From: Haliotis cracherodii
Taxonomy: Eukaryota
Assembly (NCBI RefSeq): GCF_022045235.1
Contig: NW_027266264.1
Coordinates: forward strand, 60,140,001 to 60,204,000
Length of the DNA stretch: 64,000 nucleotides
Direction of reading: 5' to 3'
The notes under the pieces were generated by a model, which searched no databases, was not told where the DNA came from, and saw only the letters and a program-made list of their open reading frames with translations. Each line of letters starts with the position of its first letter. Positions within the stretch are counted from its first letter, which is position 1. The position numbers and the translations under genes were made by a program. This document shows positions 28,320-42,300 of this stretch, piece by piece.

Positions 28320-28484
28320 GGGGCGGTCGGGTAGTCTAGTGGTAAAAGCGTTCGCTCGTCACGCCGAAGACCCGGGTTCGATTCCCGACATGGGTACAAT
28401 GTGTGAAGCCCATTTCTGGTGTCCCCCGCCGTGATATTGCTAGAATATTGCTAAAAGTGGCGTAAAACCATACTCACTCACTCA
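28320..28484 (+). mobile_element. SINE family A, full copy inserted into the Polinton-like remnant
   Basis: Near-identical to 59732-59896; TSD-like AAATGGTTGTA/AATTTGTTGTA. Confidence 0.9.
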
Positions 28485-28597
28485 AATTTGTTGTACGTGT
28501 TCAATTTACTACATTTTGCTATAGTTTGCTAAAATCTGCTGAGCAGTTGCTAAAATTTGATAAGCAGTTGCAATATTTTGTTGAGTAGTTGCTATAT

Positions 28598-28652
28598 TTT
28601 TTTCCCAACCAGTTTTGCCACATATAATAGCGCAGTGTGGTTCTTTAGGTAA
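28598..28652 (-). pseudogene. Packaging (A32-like) ATPase N-terminal remnant
   Basis: LPKEPHCAIICGKTGW(E)K is a decayed Walker A (GxTGxGK) immediately downstream of the capsid-like stop. Confidence 0.5.
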
Positions 28653-28657
28653 AGGTT

Positions 28658-29160
28658 ATTAATAGAAATCTCGCACGAATCTCCCATTTTGCGCATCCAC
28701 AATCACGTACAAACATATGTTTAATTTACCAGCCGCTTCGGTCTTCTTTGTTATCTGTATAGTAACACACTGACTAGCATTCTCTATTCTCGGTTAGCTA
28801 ATGCATCAGCAACAGCCTTATCTTCTGCGATGGTATTATCACGACTAGCTGTCTCGTTGGATTCCGATTAGTGCTTGTGTCAATACCTTGATACTGTAAG
28901 TTTTCTGTTCTTTTACTGTTCTCCAGAGTAACAGAAGTATACATCGCTGTCGTCAATACTCAAGACTTTATTACCGCTAATTATAATCAAGATTTTCTTT
29001 ACAATTGCACGACCTATGTTCTGAACAAGCTCCCTGTTAACATCAGTAGAAGACAAACTGATTGTAAAATGATAGTCGAGCAGTTCCTGGAACTAACACA
29101 TCATGAGCTCCGAGATTAGAAAAGTGAACCAGAAGTGTCTAATTCTGATTAATGGTACTC
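28658..29160 (-). pseudogene. Putative Polinton-like major capsid protein remnant (internally deleted)
   Basis: STINQN*TLLVHFSNLGAHDVLVPGTARL / VNRELVQNIGRAIVKK..ISGNKVLSIDDSDVY / YQGIDTSTNRN / EDKAVADALANR / RIENASQCVTIQITKKTEAAGKLNICLYVIVDAQNGRFVRDFY*; recognised from memory of invertebrate Polinton-like capsid ORFs, not from a search. Confidence 0.55.
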
Positions 29161-29959
29161 ACATGAATTGTTTGATAGGCATTAGTTAGAAGTTGATGAT
29201 CCATGGATTGTCATGACATAATTTGCATAAACTTAAGACCCAAATAGAAGCATTGTTAGAGTCTTGGTCTGGCCCAGGCCCGGATGAGCCAGAACCCCTT
29301 TTCATTACAACATAGCTTAAAGGAAATGACGATACTTGGATAGTCATGATATAATACACATAGACTTAAGACCCCCTAGAAGCATCGATAGGGTTCGGGA
29401 ATGGTTCAGGTGGGAGTGAGCAAGAATCCCCATCGTCTATACTACTTCAGGTAGTTCACGTTCACTCGACTATGACACATTCGCTAACTCTTATTATGGA
29501 ACAAAATATCGCAGTGCAGAGTTTTCAGAACTCCCAACATGCATAGAACTACCATACGCCCATGGTCATCATTCAGTATATCCTTGGAGCAAGGCAAACT
29601 AAAAAGAGTGGGGAGAGGTTTGCGATTGGGAGAAGGCAGCAGGAGCAATTTTGAGCTCCCACTTGACCACCATTACGTGTGTAATTGAAACTAAGCCGAA
29701 TCTCCCAACTGTAGACAAAAGAACCACACGCCAGAATAATCGGACCATTTCTTATGAATAAATTGCAAATGTGATTGAATGGAAGAACCAACTTAAAGCT
29801 CGAACAATAACGATACATGTTTAAATTATTATCAAATTTCAGTAAATTAGTATATATGTATAATAATTTCCTGAAATGTTATAGTAATAAAGTTAATAAT
29901 ATGAATATATATATATATAGGAGGTATAGTGATGACTTTTTAACTTATATTTACCAGGT

Positions 29960-30235
29960 GAGGTGAAATGGGGTTTAACGTCGACTTGTTTGTACGAGTC
30001 CGGTGTCATTGTGCTATCCCTCTGAGATACCATGTGGCAGTTTAACATTGAAACCCAACTCAGATTTGTACAGTATACTGGCTCTGAGGCGACCAGTCCT
30101 TGATTCATCATCTAATGCCGGGCGCCAGGGTAACAACAAGTACCATCTTTAATTTTTTGGGTATGACGCGGCCGGGAATCGAACCACACCCCTTCAGCTC
30201 TCCGTGAAGACGCTCTATATTCACGAGGCGGTCTT
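29960..30235 (-). mobile_element. tRNA-headed SINE resembling the molluscan RUDI/Meta type
   Basis: Minus strand B box GGTTCGATTCCCGGCCGCGTCATACC...AAGATGGTACTTGTTG...CCCGGCATTA; tail GACGTTAAACCC; a related fragment at ~14530-14665. Confidence 0.6.
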
Positions 30236-33200
30236 AATACTCCAGATATGTTAAACGTCGTCTTCACAGTTAACATCGGCGTCGCATTTCCTGTGCCAAG
30301 TTGCGTCCCTTTGCAGTGGTGAGATTGATCAACAGATTCGCGCCAGTTATGATTTTTTTTGTCTGTCACCATTCATTACCATCGTGTTTCTTAGCAGTGA
30401 ACACTTACGACTTACTACATGACATGCCTTGATAGAAGTACATAAAACTACGGACCCGAGTTTCGATTTCCCTCATTCTGTTAAGCCCATGCTTTGTGTT
30501 CCATGGCGTAATAGTGACTGCGTGAGTGAGTTGGGTTTAACGCCGCTTTTAACAGTATTCCAGTTATATCGCGGCGTGTCAGCTTGATGTGGGAGTAAAG
30601 CCCGAAGTGATGCAGGTCTCAGACGTTTACCACTTCGGTGAAACCCACGAGCACGGGTATGGTGCTGACAAACCTAGAAACATAATAGGGGCGAACCGGG
30701 ATTCGAACCCACAATCATAGGTTCCTGGAGCGTCCAAAGGACGCAACTCGACGACTGGGCCACCCGTGCCTCCCATGGCGTAATATACATGTAGATGTAA
30801 CATTGTTTCAAGCGCCTCCAATCAATACTCAACTCATTGTCATGTCAGGCGCCGTGCTACGATTGTTTTTTGGTTTGTTGTTTGTTGTTTAACGCCGCAC
30901 TCGGCAATATTCCAGCTACATGACGGCGGTCTGTAAATAATCGAGTCTGGACCAGACAATCCAAGCAATTGGGATACGATTACATGCATCAAACAAGTCA
31001 GAAAGTCTGACCACCCGATCCCGTTAGTCCCCTTTTACGACAAGCATAGTCACCTTTTACGGCAAGCATGGGTTGCTGAAGACATATTCTGCCACGGAAT
31101 CTTCACGGGTCTCATGTGTCATCGAAATCCACATCACCAAACCATAGAAATGTTCCGACCAAAACTGTGAGATGTGTACACCTAGCCTTGTTTTCTTGTT
31201 TGTTTGTTGTTTAACGCATTCAGCAATATTCCAGTTAAAGGTCGGCGGTCTGAAAATAATCGAGTCTGGACCACACAATCCAGTGATTGACATCATGAGG
31301 ATTCATTCACGCAATTGGAATACGATGACATGCATCAACCAAAACAGCGAGCTTGACCACCCGACCCCGTCAGTCGCCTACGACAAGCATAGTCGCATTT
31401 TACGGCAAGCATGGGTTGCTGAAGACCTATTCTATCCCGGATCTTCACGAGTTGTGCACCTGACATGCACGCCGGGTGAAGATTGGGGGGGGGAACAGGC
31501 TGCTTTTCCGCTTTGCATATCAATCGTTTTTATTACAAATTTATTAGGAAAAGTAAATAAATTTGTGTTTAATCCCCCATTATATACCGAAACATGAACA
31601 TTTAAGATACGTAATTCTTTGCACGAAACCAAGCAGCTATGAATGTCCAATTCAAGAGTGTTGTTGGTATTCTCATGTAGACAAAGTGTAAACGATGTGG
31701 AAAATTTCGTTTGTTAACAATTGTTTCATGATACACAATTTACGTATTGTACATAGCTACATGTATAGTGTTGTCATTTCATATTCTACTATCAACGCAT
31801 TATTTTGCAATACCAGCTTCATACATTTCGTCCTCATGGGTTTGCGGTCCATAGCAGTATGACGTCATATCAATACGTTGCCTGAAATAACTGAAGACGG
31901 CGGCATGGACGTTTAAGACGCCACAGGCGTTCTTGAGTGACGTCGGTAAAACATTAATTTGAATGAACTGATGCCTCCACTGGTGATCTACATTTTCCCT
32001 ACATTTCCTCCGAAATGAATAGTTTTGGTAATATATATAACAACCAATTATAGATCTGTTCCCCGCGAGTACAGTTGGAAGTATCGGGGCTCGCCACACT
32101 AATCCACTAGGGATTCTCCGATGGTTATCCTGTAATACGTTTGGGCGGTGGGGTAGCCAAGTGGCTAAAGCGTTCGCCCGTCACGCCGAAGGCCTGGGTT
32201 CGATGGCGTACATGGGTACAATGTGTGAAGCCCTTTACTGGTGCACCCCTCCGGTGAAAACGGCGTAACACCATACTAACTCTATTACGTTCTAACAGGA
32301 ATGGTATCTTGCCAGGATATGCTACAGTTCTAATAGTTATTGGTGGTTTAAGGAAATTTAGTTTACAATATGTGTTTTGGTCACTTATCATCACTTATGG
32401 TCTTTGATGATGTAATACGCCTCATGAACATGACATGGTTGACCAAGAAGCGCTGAGTGGCCTCCCTTCACCATGTCAGGATCCACAGGACGAGCGTTCA
32501 AATCCCAGATTCGACCTGATCATGATCTTTGGTCGTTCTCGTAGGTGAGTGTGGTATTACGACGCTTTTATGAATATTTCAGCACACCTCGGCCGAGTAT
32601 ACCAGAATTGGGCCAAACACATTGTACCCAGGTGGGGAATCGAATCCGTGCCTTCGGCGTGACGTGCTAACGCCATAACCACAATGTACCCCACCGACCC
32701 TTGACGGGAGGTATTACCCACGTTGAAAACATCTTTCACCTGGAAAATCGTGATTTCCTCCCACATTAAACAAATATTCCTGAAATATTGTTCAAGAGAC
32801 CTTGAACAATAATCACCGACTAACTTCAGTGTCCCGAACCAAGACAAAGTGTATCATTACAGACCTCACAAACAATTCATAAACCCAATATGGTTGAAAA
32901 TATTTATTCCAAATCTGTTTCGCACAGTTAGATGTATAGCGTGATAATGCTCTACTATGTATGTACATGATACACGGACGACAAAGACAGGTGTACAGAC
33001 AACCGCCACAGAGTGACGCGGACTCACCAACACAGAAAACAGAACACGTCCACGTACAAAATGTTTGTGTCAAAACAGCAAAACAAAACTACATCATCTT
33101 AAATTCTCAACAAGAATTGTACAACATGGGAAATGTAAATAATTAAATTCAAAAAGGACATTACATCTTTCGAAAAGTTCAATGAATTCATGCTGACATT

Positions 33201-33512
33201 AAACAATTCAGTGAAAGGGCTAACTGGGGAATATAGTGTATTGATTCTGCAGAAAGGAACGCTTGTGTGGTCAGGCTTACCTTTTTATTCATTTTATCAC
33301 AGATTCGCGCTTCCTTCTTAAAAATATGTGGAAATATTTTTCATATTTCGCATTTGTTTTGTTTTCGCGGACACATCAGTTCATAATTCAACGCCACTAG
33401 CGGTTCTGTATAAAAGAACCAGCTACGCTTCGTAAGCTGTACTTAATATTTTAATATTACACTGTAAAGAATAAAAGGGGTAAGTTCTCTGTGTCTGTTG
33501 GGGTACTATCAT

Positions 33513-33543
<31 letters not shown>

Positions 33544-35865
33544 CATACACAGCTACTTTGATACCCATTTTATCACCCTAAAAAGAAGGACCTATACCAA
33601 GATCAAAGTAACAACAGAAAAGTTGGTGTCATGATCAAACAGGTGACCACGGCCATACTTCAACACACTCAAACAGGTGTGTGATCGGCTATGTCACTTG
33701 ACATACACATAAGCCATGTTTTTATAACAAAACGAAAAATAAGTTTGATTAGACACGATCAACACTGCTATCGGTAACTACTTAAAACCATCTGAGAATC
33801 GCAACACAACACATTATAATCCGTTGTTTGGTGTATTGACATTGATGGAGATTATGCAGCAAAAAAAGTGAAGTTTCAACATCAGGACACTCTAAATGCA
33901 ACGTTTCAACGGCAGATGAAGAGCTTTTGAATTTAAATTAATTTCAGAAATACAATATAAACATTTTGAAATCAGACATTTGTTATTCTTGTTTGAATCT
34001 GTGTATAAGGGATTCCTACTTAATGTATATTATCAGCAGTGTATATTATCAGCGCACAGAGCACTGATGCACAGTGAATGCTGTGCTATACACATGCATT
34101 TATTATTATTAATTTTATTCATTGTTATTAGAGCTGTACTGCTAATGGACACAGAGACTTATATGCGAATAGAATACCTCACGACCTAAACAAATATTGT
34201 CACAGTTCTAGAGCCAAATACCACATGTGGCATGAAAAGCACATGTCGCACGCAATCCTGTGAAATATACAATTAGCCTTTATCACGGTTATCGAGACCC
34301 ACGTGATCAAATGACGATCACTCATTGGTCAAAACCTTTATCTATGCTAAAACCAGGATATGAACAAAGTTAACGCATGCTACCTGAACGAAAGTACTCA
34401 CGCGTACAATAGTAAAATATCTTTAACAAGTCACAGCCATACAGAAATGAGGCAAGAACCCCCATAATAAGCACTATAGTCTATATACAATATATACAAC
34501 TAAAGCTTATCTATAAACTGCAATTAAATACACCATGTGCTTCTGTGTGATAATAGTATGATAGGTGGAATTTAAAGGCTTAGCCTATATATCAAGCTAA
34601 ATGATAAAATTGAGAGTTGTTATCACATGGAAATATCACTTCAGTAACACAAAAGTGTCACAGACAGATAACAGAGGTTTTTACCATCGACCTGATCTAC
34701 TGATAAACATTTAGAACATTAAGTTGCATTGAGTTATCTCCCTTAGCCCATGCTGGAAATAGAGGCATGGAACATCGGGTGTGTTCTCACTGAATTCAGG
34801 TCTTTTTAGTAAAAGATCTGATTTTAATGAGATTGTATCGCAAGATTTATTTCTTTTCTTGCACATTATGTACTCTATATTCCATATTACTGTATCTGAA
34901 CTTTGAATCTCTAATACACATTTCGGAAATGTGTTTATTTTAACAGAACCTGAAATAAATATTATAATATTACATGAATTCTTAAAGTTTAAGCATAAAA
35001 TACAAATATGTCAATGTAACAATAATATTTTGTCTGATTGCAAACAGAAAAACAAATCATGATTTGCTCCAAATCCAAATAATTAATGAATTATTTCAAC
35101 ATAAAGTCCATAACAAACGTCATATGAATATGCAAGATATTAACAGCATTGGATATTTTAAGTATTACATTACATACTTATTAATAAGATACACACTAAT
35201 ACAAACTGTTAGTTAAGGGAAAAACAACACAAATGTCTACATGAACTAGTCACCAGCAAAGGTAAAAATACATTTATCAGTCCAGGAAAAAGGTCCGCCT
35301 ACAATTTCAGTGTAATGCTTTTAATGTACGTAGTATTTTCCTTGAGATCTGACGCAAGTTGTGAACTTATGCATAATCAGTTGACTCAGCATCTTGTCCT
35401 GAGTTGTTTTCTTCAAAATACCAATTTATCAATTTGAGAAAATATTGATTGAGATTTTCTTTTACCTTTCCTTATTTTTTGTCACAGACCTTTTTTCTAA
35501 TAAAAGCATGTTTTATCAATCAAATACATTATATATATATATTGATAGTCAGCATATTGGAAGACAGGAAATCAAATATCACAACATTCAATAATAGCTT
35601 GTCTCATGCACAAAAACAGGTAACAAAACAATCACAATACTTGTCACACAATTTCATTAAAATCAGATCTTTTATCCTGATTCAAACTCTTGTAAAACAT
35701 CTGATTTTAATGAGATTGACCTCACACAGCAAGAAACTCCTACCTGAAGAAGCCGATATGGACCACAATAAATTGATACCCACATATGAATATATATATT
35801 TATATATAGGAAAGAACACAAACACAAAGAATACTTAGATGTTACAGGTCTTATTACAGACACAT

Positions 35866-35867
<2 letters not shown>

Positions 35868-35907
<40 letters not shown>
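35868..35907. repeat. (TA)n microsatellite
   Basis: Direct inspection. Confidence 0.9.
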
Positions 35908-35910
<3 letters not shown>

Positions 35911-37908
35911 TGAGATGATTCATGCATATTCATAAGATGAGACTCCCTGGGCTATAGTAAATTATAAAGGTCAAAAGGTCAAAGGTCATTGTAAGGTCAC
36001 TTTCAGACATGTGATGTGATAGATGATAAAAAATAAGATTTTATGGGTATTGTTCTCAACCATGACAAGAGTTGTAAGTTTTTTCATTTGTGTGAAATGT
36101 CACCTGATGTTACAGTTGCATACGGTTTAAAGGTCATATATCTCAAGGTCCCTTCCTTTACACTACTAACTACCCACTAGCTAGGTTAAATACTACTTGA
36201 TGTTCCATACTGTATCCATATGTACACACAAACTTATATTTACATATATACAGGAAGTGCTATACAGTTGATTTGGTGATTATTTCGAACCAGACAGCTC
36301 ACACCCATGATACTAGTTTCCTTTTGCATGTAAACACTCATAATATACACTAACAAGTACAACATATATCATATAATATTTTTGTAGTGTTGTTGGAGGC
36401 TACTTGGGTATTTAAGTCACCTATTCAACAATTAATCATAAAGTATTATTGATTTTGCATGTGCAAAGAAAACTTCGCTGCATTAAAGTGGAACTATTAT
36501 CTTTATTTACAGATAGAGCTTTAAAAATATCTTTCATATTAATTTCAATCTAAAATAATTCACCATCACGGGTTTACTTACTGAAGCAACACAAAATGTT
36601 CTGGGCTTAAAGGTCTGGCTACAGTGTCTAAACACCTGTTGGTGCTTCCTATGCTTAGCAGACGAATGGCGAGGTTAAAATACAGCCATCCAACTTCAAT
36701 TTTAACATTTTTCAAATATGTATGCTGTTGACCCTAAATTTTAAATTTATCTTTGATAAAAAGTCATGTATAAAAATATTTTATCTACTGACTATGTGTG
36801 AAATAATACATCTACCGATAATGAGTACATTACACCTGTTTGTTTGTTTGTTTGGTTTTTTTTGTTTAACCCCGCACTCAGCAATATTCCAGCTATATGA
36901 CAGCGGTCTGTAAATAATCAAGTCTGGACCAGACAATTCAGTGAACAACATCATGAGCATTCATCCACGCCATTGGGATACAATGACATGCATCAACCAT
37001 GTCAGTGAGCCTGACCACCCAATGCAAACACCTGTTTGACATGCCTTTCACCTCTGTAGCATCACACCTTCAAGCCAGGTAGAAACAGGGATGAATAATA
37101 ACCAAAACATATATATTATCGCCAAGCAGAAGAAATGTGAAGCATCTTGATATTCATGTCTGACGAGACCCTTCACTTAAATGCAGGTTTTAATGCAGAT
37201 GCTTGATATATACCAATATAGTTATGACAACCACCTAAGTTTAATTACACTGGAGAAGGCCCAAATGATGTTTTGAGTGAAATATGTTTAATTTCAAATA
37301 CCGTGAAAAAATATTGTCTTCAAATCAAGACTGTTTCAATGAAACAAAAAAAAGTTGATTTTTAAAAATGTTCAAAATAATATGACGAAACATTAGTTTA
37401 ACGTTCAACTGATCATCATTCAATTCTGCCCTACTCTGGCTCCAGATGTTGAGTCAGGTCACTGAAGGGTTTGTACACAATGTCACAACAGGGTCACTCA
37501 TTCACTCCTTCATCTACTAGTCACATCCATTTTAGGCCACGCTTTATTTTTACTTCATATACCCACTTACCCAAAACCAAGGGGGAAAAATGCTATGTTC
37601 TGAAACAATTTTGGTATTAACTTAAAAATGTAAAATGAGAAATTATGAAAAATACTTCATGTGCCAAAATCTATCAATCTGGTACATGGCAACATGACGT
37701 TTGCAATTTTATTAAAAAATTTACCGAGGTGTCAGACATTGTGTGGTTTAAATAGTTCTTCTCAGAAAGGGGGACATATTGATGGAGAGACTGATAGTGC
37801 ATGTTAATACATTCTTGAAAATATTTGAGCGAAAGAAAGATGTTTCAAGACTTTGCGAGAAGTCACCTGTACTTCTGCAAAGTTAACTTTCAGATTCACT
37901 GTGTCTGG

Positions 37909-38449
37909 CATCTGTCCAAGGCAACAGAGTAAACTGACTAAAAAAGTAATGTTTCAACTCTTGAACTAGGCTGGAGTTATGGAGTTCCATTTAGCTGGAC
38001 TAACGAGTCTATTCATAGTCCAATAAAAATCGTGTAAAAAAATCAACATTTGATTCGTAAACTTGATTGCAGATTTCGAATGATTGCAGAGTTTTCAGCT
38101 TGTGAGTACCATCAACTTGGCTTTAACAGTTATTTTCTAAATCTATTCGTGTTTTTAATGAGGGTGCTCTAGTGGTTTGATGCATTTTGTGAGGTAAGAC
38201 CCGTTTTATTACATTAAATATCATGATTTTCGATCAGATCCTCTTGAATGGGTGCCGCCATTTTGTTTGAAGTAAATGCAAGTGATATGAGAGGTGGAAT
38301 CTGATTGGTCAGTAGGAGGGACATGCAAGGGACGTAACTCATAATAGCCATTGGTGGTGCTATGATCCTGCCACGTAATTCCATTCTAGTTCGGCAAGGG
38401 TGGAAACTGCACTTGTATAGGCAATTAACTTCTTTGCCTTGGGGAGATG
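37909..38449. mobile_element. Older, diverged copy of the same 9-bp-TSD MITE
   Basis: Colinear with 23103-23647 over the full length (e.g. GCTGGACTAACGAGTCTAT, GAATCTGATTGGTCA, GGTGGTGCTA); decayed TIRs. Confidence 0.8.
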
Positions 38450-38724
38450 TATGTCGAGGGGATATTGACAGGAAGAGTACCCAATCAGCTACGAAGGATA
38501 CATAGAGCCATTTGAAGAGAAGTCACCTGTGATTTTGCAAATTAAAGTTTCACTTCTTAAACAGCATTAGGTGTTCTTGTAAAATTGACAGGAAGAGTAT
38601 ACCATCAACTACCAAGGATATATATATACAGACTTCAGCAAGGATTGTGGCTTAGCAAGAAATCAGTTATCTCACAAACCAACAACATTCAGGCATTCAT
38701 CGCTTCTAAGAATGTCCATTTCTG

Positions 38725-39062
38725 TCCACTATGGACATGTCAGAGTAATGTCACTGTGGACGTGTCATTATGGACATGTCAGAGTAATGTCACTATGGAC
38801 GTGTCATTATGGACATGTCACTATGGATGTGTCATTATGGACATGTCACTATGAACGTGTCATTATGGACATGTCACTATGGACGTGTCATTATGGACAT
38901 GTCACTATGAACTTGTTATTTTGGACATGTCACTATGGACGTGTCATTACGGACATGTCACTATGAACGTGTCATTATGGACATGTCACTATGGACGTGT
39001 TAGTATGGACATGTCACAAAGTTATGTCGCTATGGACGTGTCACTATGGACATGTCACTATG
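38725..39062. repeat. 14-bp tandem repeat just 3' of the ZNF704-like stop codon
   Basis: Alternating GGACATGTCACTAT / GGACGTGTCATTAT. Confidence 0.92.
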
Positions 39063-39083
39063 GTCATGATTGGGAGGAGATGC

Positions 39084-39314
39084 TTAGTCCAGGAAGCGGG
39101 TGCATGCTTTCTTCCATTTACACTGAGTACACCATGAATCCCTGTTTTCCATTCCGTAAACTTTCCGACATTTCCTGACCTCACTTCGTGGCTTCCGATG
39201 CATTCCACCAGCTTTTGGAGGTGATGCGAACATGTGAGACTTGGGAGACTGAGCCTGGTGTTGCTGGAGACGTACCTGGACACTTGGCCGGGAAAACCTC
39301 ACTGGGGAGGATGC
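39084..39314 (-). CDS. ZNF704: ZNF704-like exon 7 (C-clamp domain, stop codon)
   Basis: gtgcag acceptor; [37 protein letters not shown] is the C-clamp (basic stretch plus 4 Cys). Confidence 0.93.
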   Translation of the reverse strand, partial: ASSPVRFSRPSVQVRLQQHQAQSPKSHMFASPPKAGGMHRKPRSEVRKCRKVYGMENRDSWCTQCKWKKACTRFLD

Positions 39315-42300
39315 CTGCACAAACAAAACATACATGTTATTCCTAGGGTCATGGGAATCTTCAAAACCAGTTTCATGAAAGTCCAGATCCGTCATGCATA
39401 TTGATCTGGATTTAAATATTTTTCAGCGCACAGGTGACAAGTATTCCAATGAGTTGCAACTGCATGTGGAGAGTTGTGCCCCTTAGGCATACAAGGATAG
39501 AATGATTGTGTGTTCGAGTCCTATTTGGGTTGATGATTGTTGGTTTGTCAGCACCATACCCATGTTTGTCGGTTTCACTAAAGACTTAAGTATCTAAGAC
39601 CTGCATCACTTTGGGCTTTCCACTCACATTAAGTTGGCATGCTGTGATATAACTAAAATACTGTTCAATTCAATTCTTTATTTCAGTATAAAGGCCATAG
39701 GCCCACGTACAAATACTCATTGAAAAATACAGTATGAGGCAGATGAAAGAGGGTATTAAGTGACAGTATTTCGGATTGCAAGTGCTTCCAGTATATACTT
39801 AACACAATTAGTTACAATACTAGTGCGGTTACAAGATAATAGAGTATTATATTTAAATAAGGTAGGATTGGAAGAGTAATAAATAGGTAAATACTTATTT
39901 CTTAAATATCTGTAACATGGGCAGACAAGCATAAAATGAAACTCATCTTCAATTTCCTGTAAATTACAATATCTGCACTGCCTATTACAGTACTCTATAC
40001 CGCATCTTCTACCTAAATTTACCATCAATGGCAACTCGCCAATTCTTAACAAACAAAACATACGCCTATAATGACGGCTTGTGATTTCACAGAGATACTT
40101 TTCAACTGTTAGCAATGACTTATATTCCTTATACATTGATAATTTACGTATTTCACAAACTTTACAATACCAGTCCTGTTGGTTACAGTCTTTTACCCTT
40201 TGAATAAATGCATTAATAAAGAGGGTCTCATTACCAACTTCCTGCGAAATCCACACGTGGCCAAATCCATAACTGAATAATAGTCTTTTGACACAAGTTA
40301 CCCATGTAGTGCGATTAACTTCATCTAAAGATTTCAGCATTAAATAACATTGCTTAGGGTATCTATAACTGGGTAAAGATAACAATTTCAACCAATATTT
40401 AATACATTTCTTGTGATAATCAATAAATAAGCCATATCTACCACATTCGCCAAGGGCAGCAACATTTGTAACATGACTTCCAATTCCAATAGTAAATTTA
40501 CAGAATTTAATCTGAAATTTTTCAATTGCTGCAATTTTTGAATAGCCCCATATTTCTGAAGTGTATAATAATATCGGCTTAATTTGAATGTCAAATATTT
40601 TAAAAAGTATATGTACGGGTATGTTCTTCAAACAATGCTGTAATTTCTTAACGACGAACAGAGCCTTATTTGCCTTCTGAACAAGAGAGTTGATACCAGT
40701 CGTCCAACACAGCCGATTTGAAAATAACAAACCTAGATAATTATAATAGGTAGATACATTAACATTAACATCTCCAAACCTCCATTTCTCAGTACTCCTA
40801 AGTTTGCCACCATTTCTGAAAACTAAAATTTCAGTCTTACTATGGTTAACTTCTAAACCCCATTTAGTACAGAATGATTTAAGGATATTAAGTTTTCGTT
40901 GGAGACCAACTACAGTATCATCAATTATGCACAAATCATCGGCATATAATAACAACAAAATGTCTAGAGATTCTTGACTCACAAATATTCCCCTCTCGCC
41001 GGAGGAGTGCAACATTGATTCTAATTCAACAATAAGCAAAGAGAACAATATAGGGCTAAGGGTGCAGCCTTGGCGTACACCACTTAGCGTTTCAAAGTAG
41101 CAAGTTGCTGTGCTATTTGATAACTTTACAGCCGATTTCACTTTTAAATACATATCTTTAATGACATAAAATAACTTTCCATGTATACCCTTATTTAACA
41201 TGACATACCACAACAATTTTCTATTTACACAATCAAAGGCTTTTCTAAAATCAACAAATAAACAGTAAAATCTGCCATTAGCTTTAGATAAGTATTTCTG
41301 TATTAGACTTTGCAACACAAATATATTATCAATGGTGCTGTATCCAGCCCTAAAACCTGCCTGAGACTCTGGTATCTTATCGTAAATGTCACAAAACATA
41401 GTAAGCCGTTTATTAAGAATAAAAGTAAATATTTTACCCAATACATCACTAAGTGTAATACCCCTATAATTGTTAACATCAAATTTGCTGCCTTTCTTAT
41501 GAAGGGGAGTAAGTAAACCTCGAGCCCAATCCTCAGGAAAATTACCACTATGCAAAATAGCGTTATATAATATAACTAGATAAGGAAGAAGATTACCCTT
41601 GCAACACTTTATCATTTCTGGTAGAACTCCATCGGGACCAGCCGCCTTACCATCTTTCAAATGATTAATAGCATGTAAAATTTCTGGTTCAGTGATTTCA
41701 CAATTCAAAATATCATTTAATTCTTCATCATTACAGACAAAACAGTTAGATTCCTCGTGTTCATAAACAAAACTCTCAGCGGAAGCAAGATTATCATGAT
41801 CAACATCATAATCAGTTATATTCAAAATATTTTTAAAGTAGGAGACCCATTCTGATGGAGCTATAAACTGAGTTGCATTACTGTTTTTTGACACAAGTCC
41901 CTTCACTTGGTTCCAGAAGATCTTAGGATTACAAGTATGAGACATTAAATCCTCAAGTAATCGCTCTTCAAAAATCAATTTCTTTTGTCTACACATATTT
42001 CGATACGCATTTCTTAACTGTCTAAACTGTTGTAAATAGTTCAGATCACCAGTTATTCTAAACATATTAAGAATACGATATTTCTCATGTTTCAACTCTT
42101 TACATTCGCTATCATGCCATCTTGCTCCTGAGAATGTACATATGTTTGAGCTTGTAATTACCTTCATATCACTGACAGAAGCACAAGTAATGATCAATGA
42201 TGTCAATTTTGTAACTGCACAATTAACACCGCTAGAAATTTCACCCATGAAATCATCAAAGCTATATGATGATAGCGAGTCCCGAAGTAACTCAGAAAAT

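Larger units (their letters stand above)
27371..29160 (-). mobile_element. Decayed Polinton/Maverick-like element (endogenous virus remnant)
   Basis: AGTAGT terminus at 27371 followed by subterminal tandem repeats; minus-strand remnants of a capsid-like gene, a Walker-A ATPase start and small ORFs (MECEELLEKL...RERLAALAAGG). Confidence 0.6.

Noticed and set aside
29170-29870. Further Polinton-like genes or a second TIR
   Set aside because: Only a weak internal duplication (~29213-29260 vs ~29345-29390) is visible; no interpretable protein and no inverted copy of the 27371 terminus.
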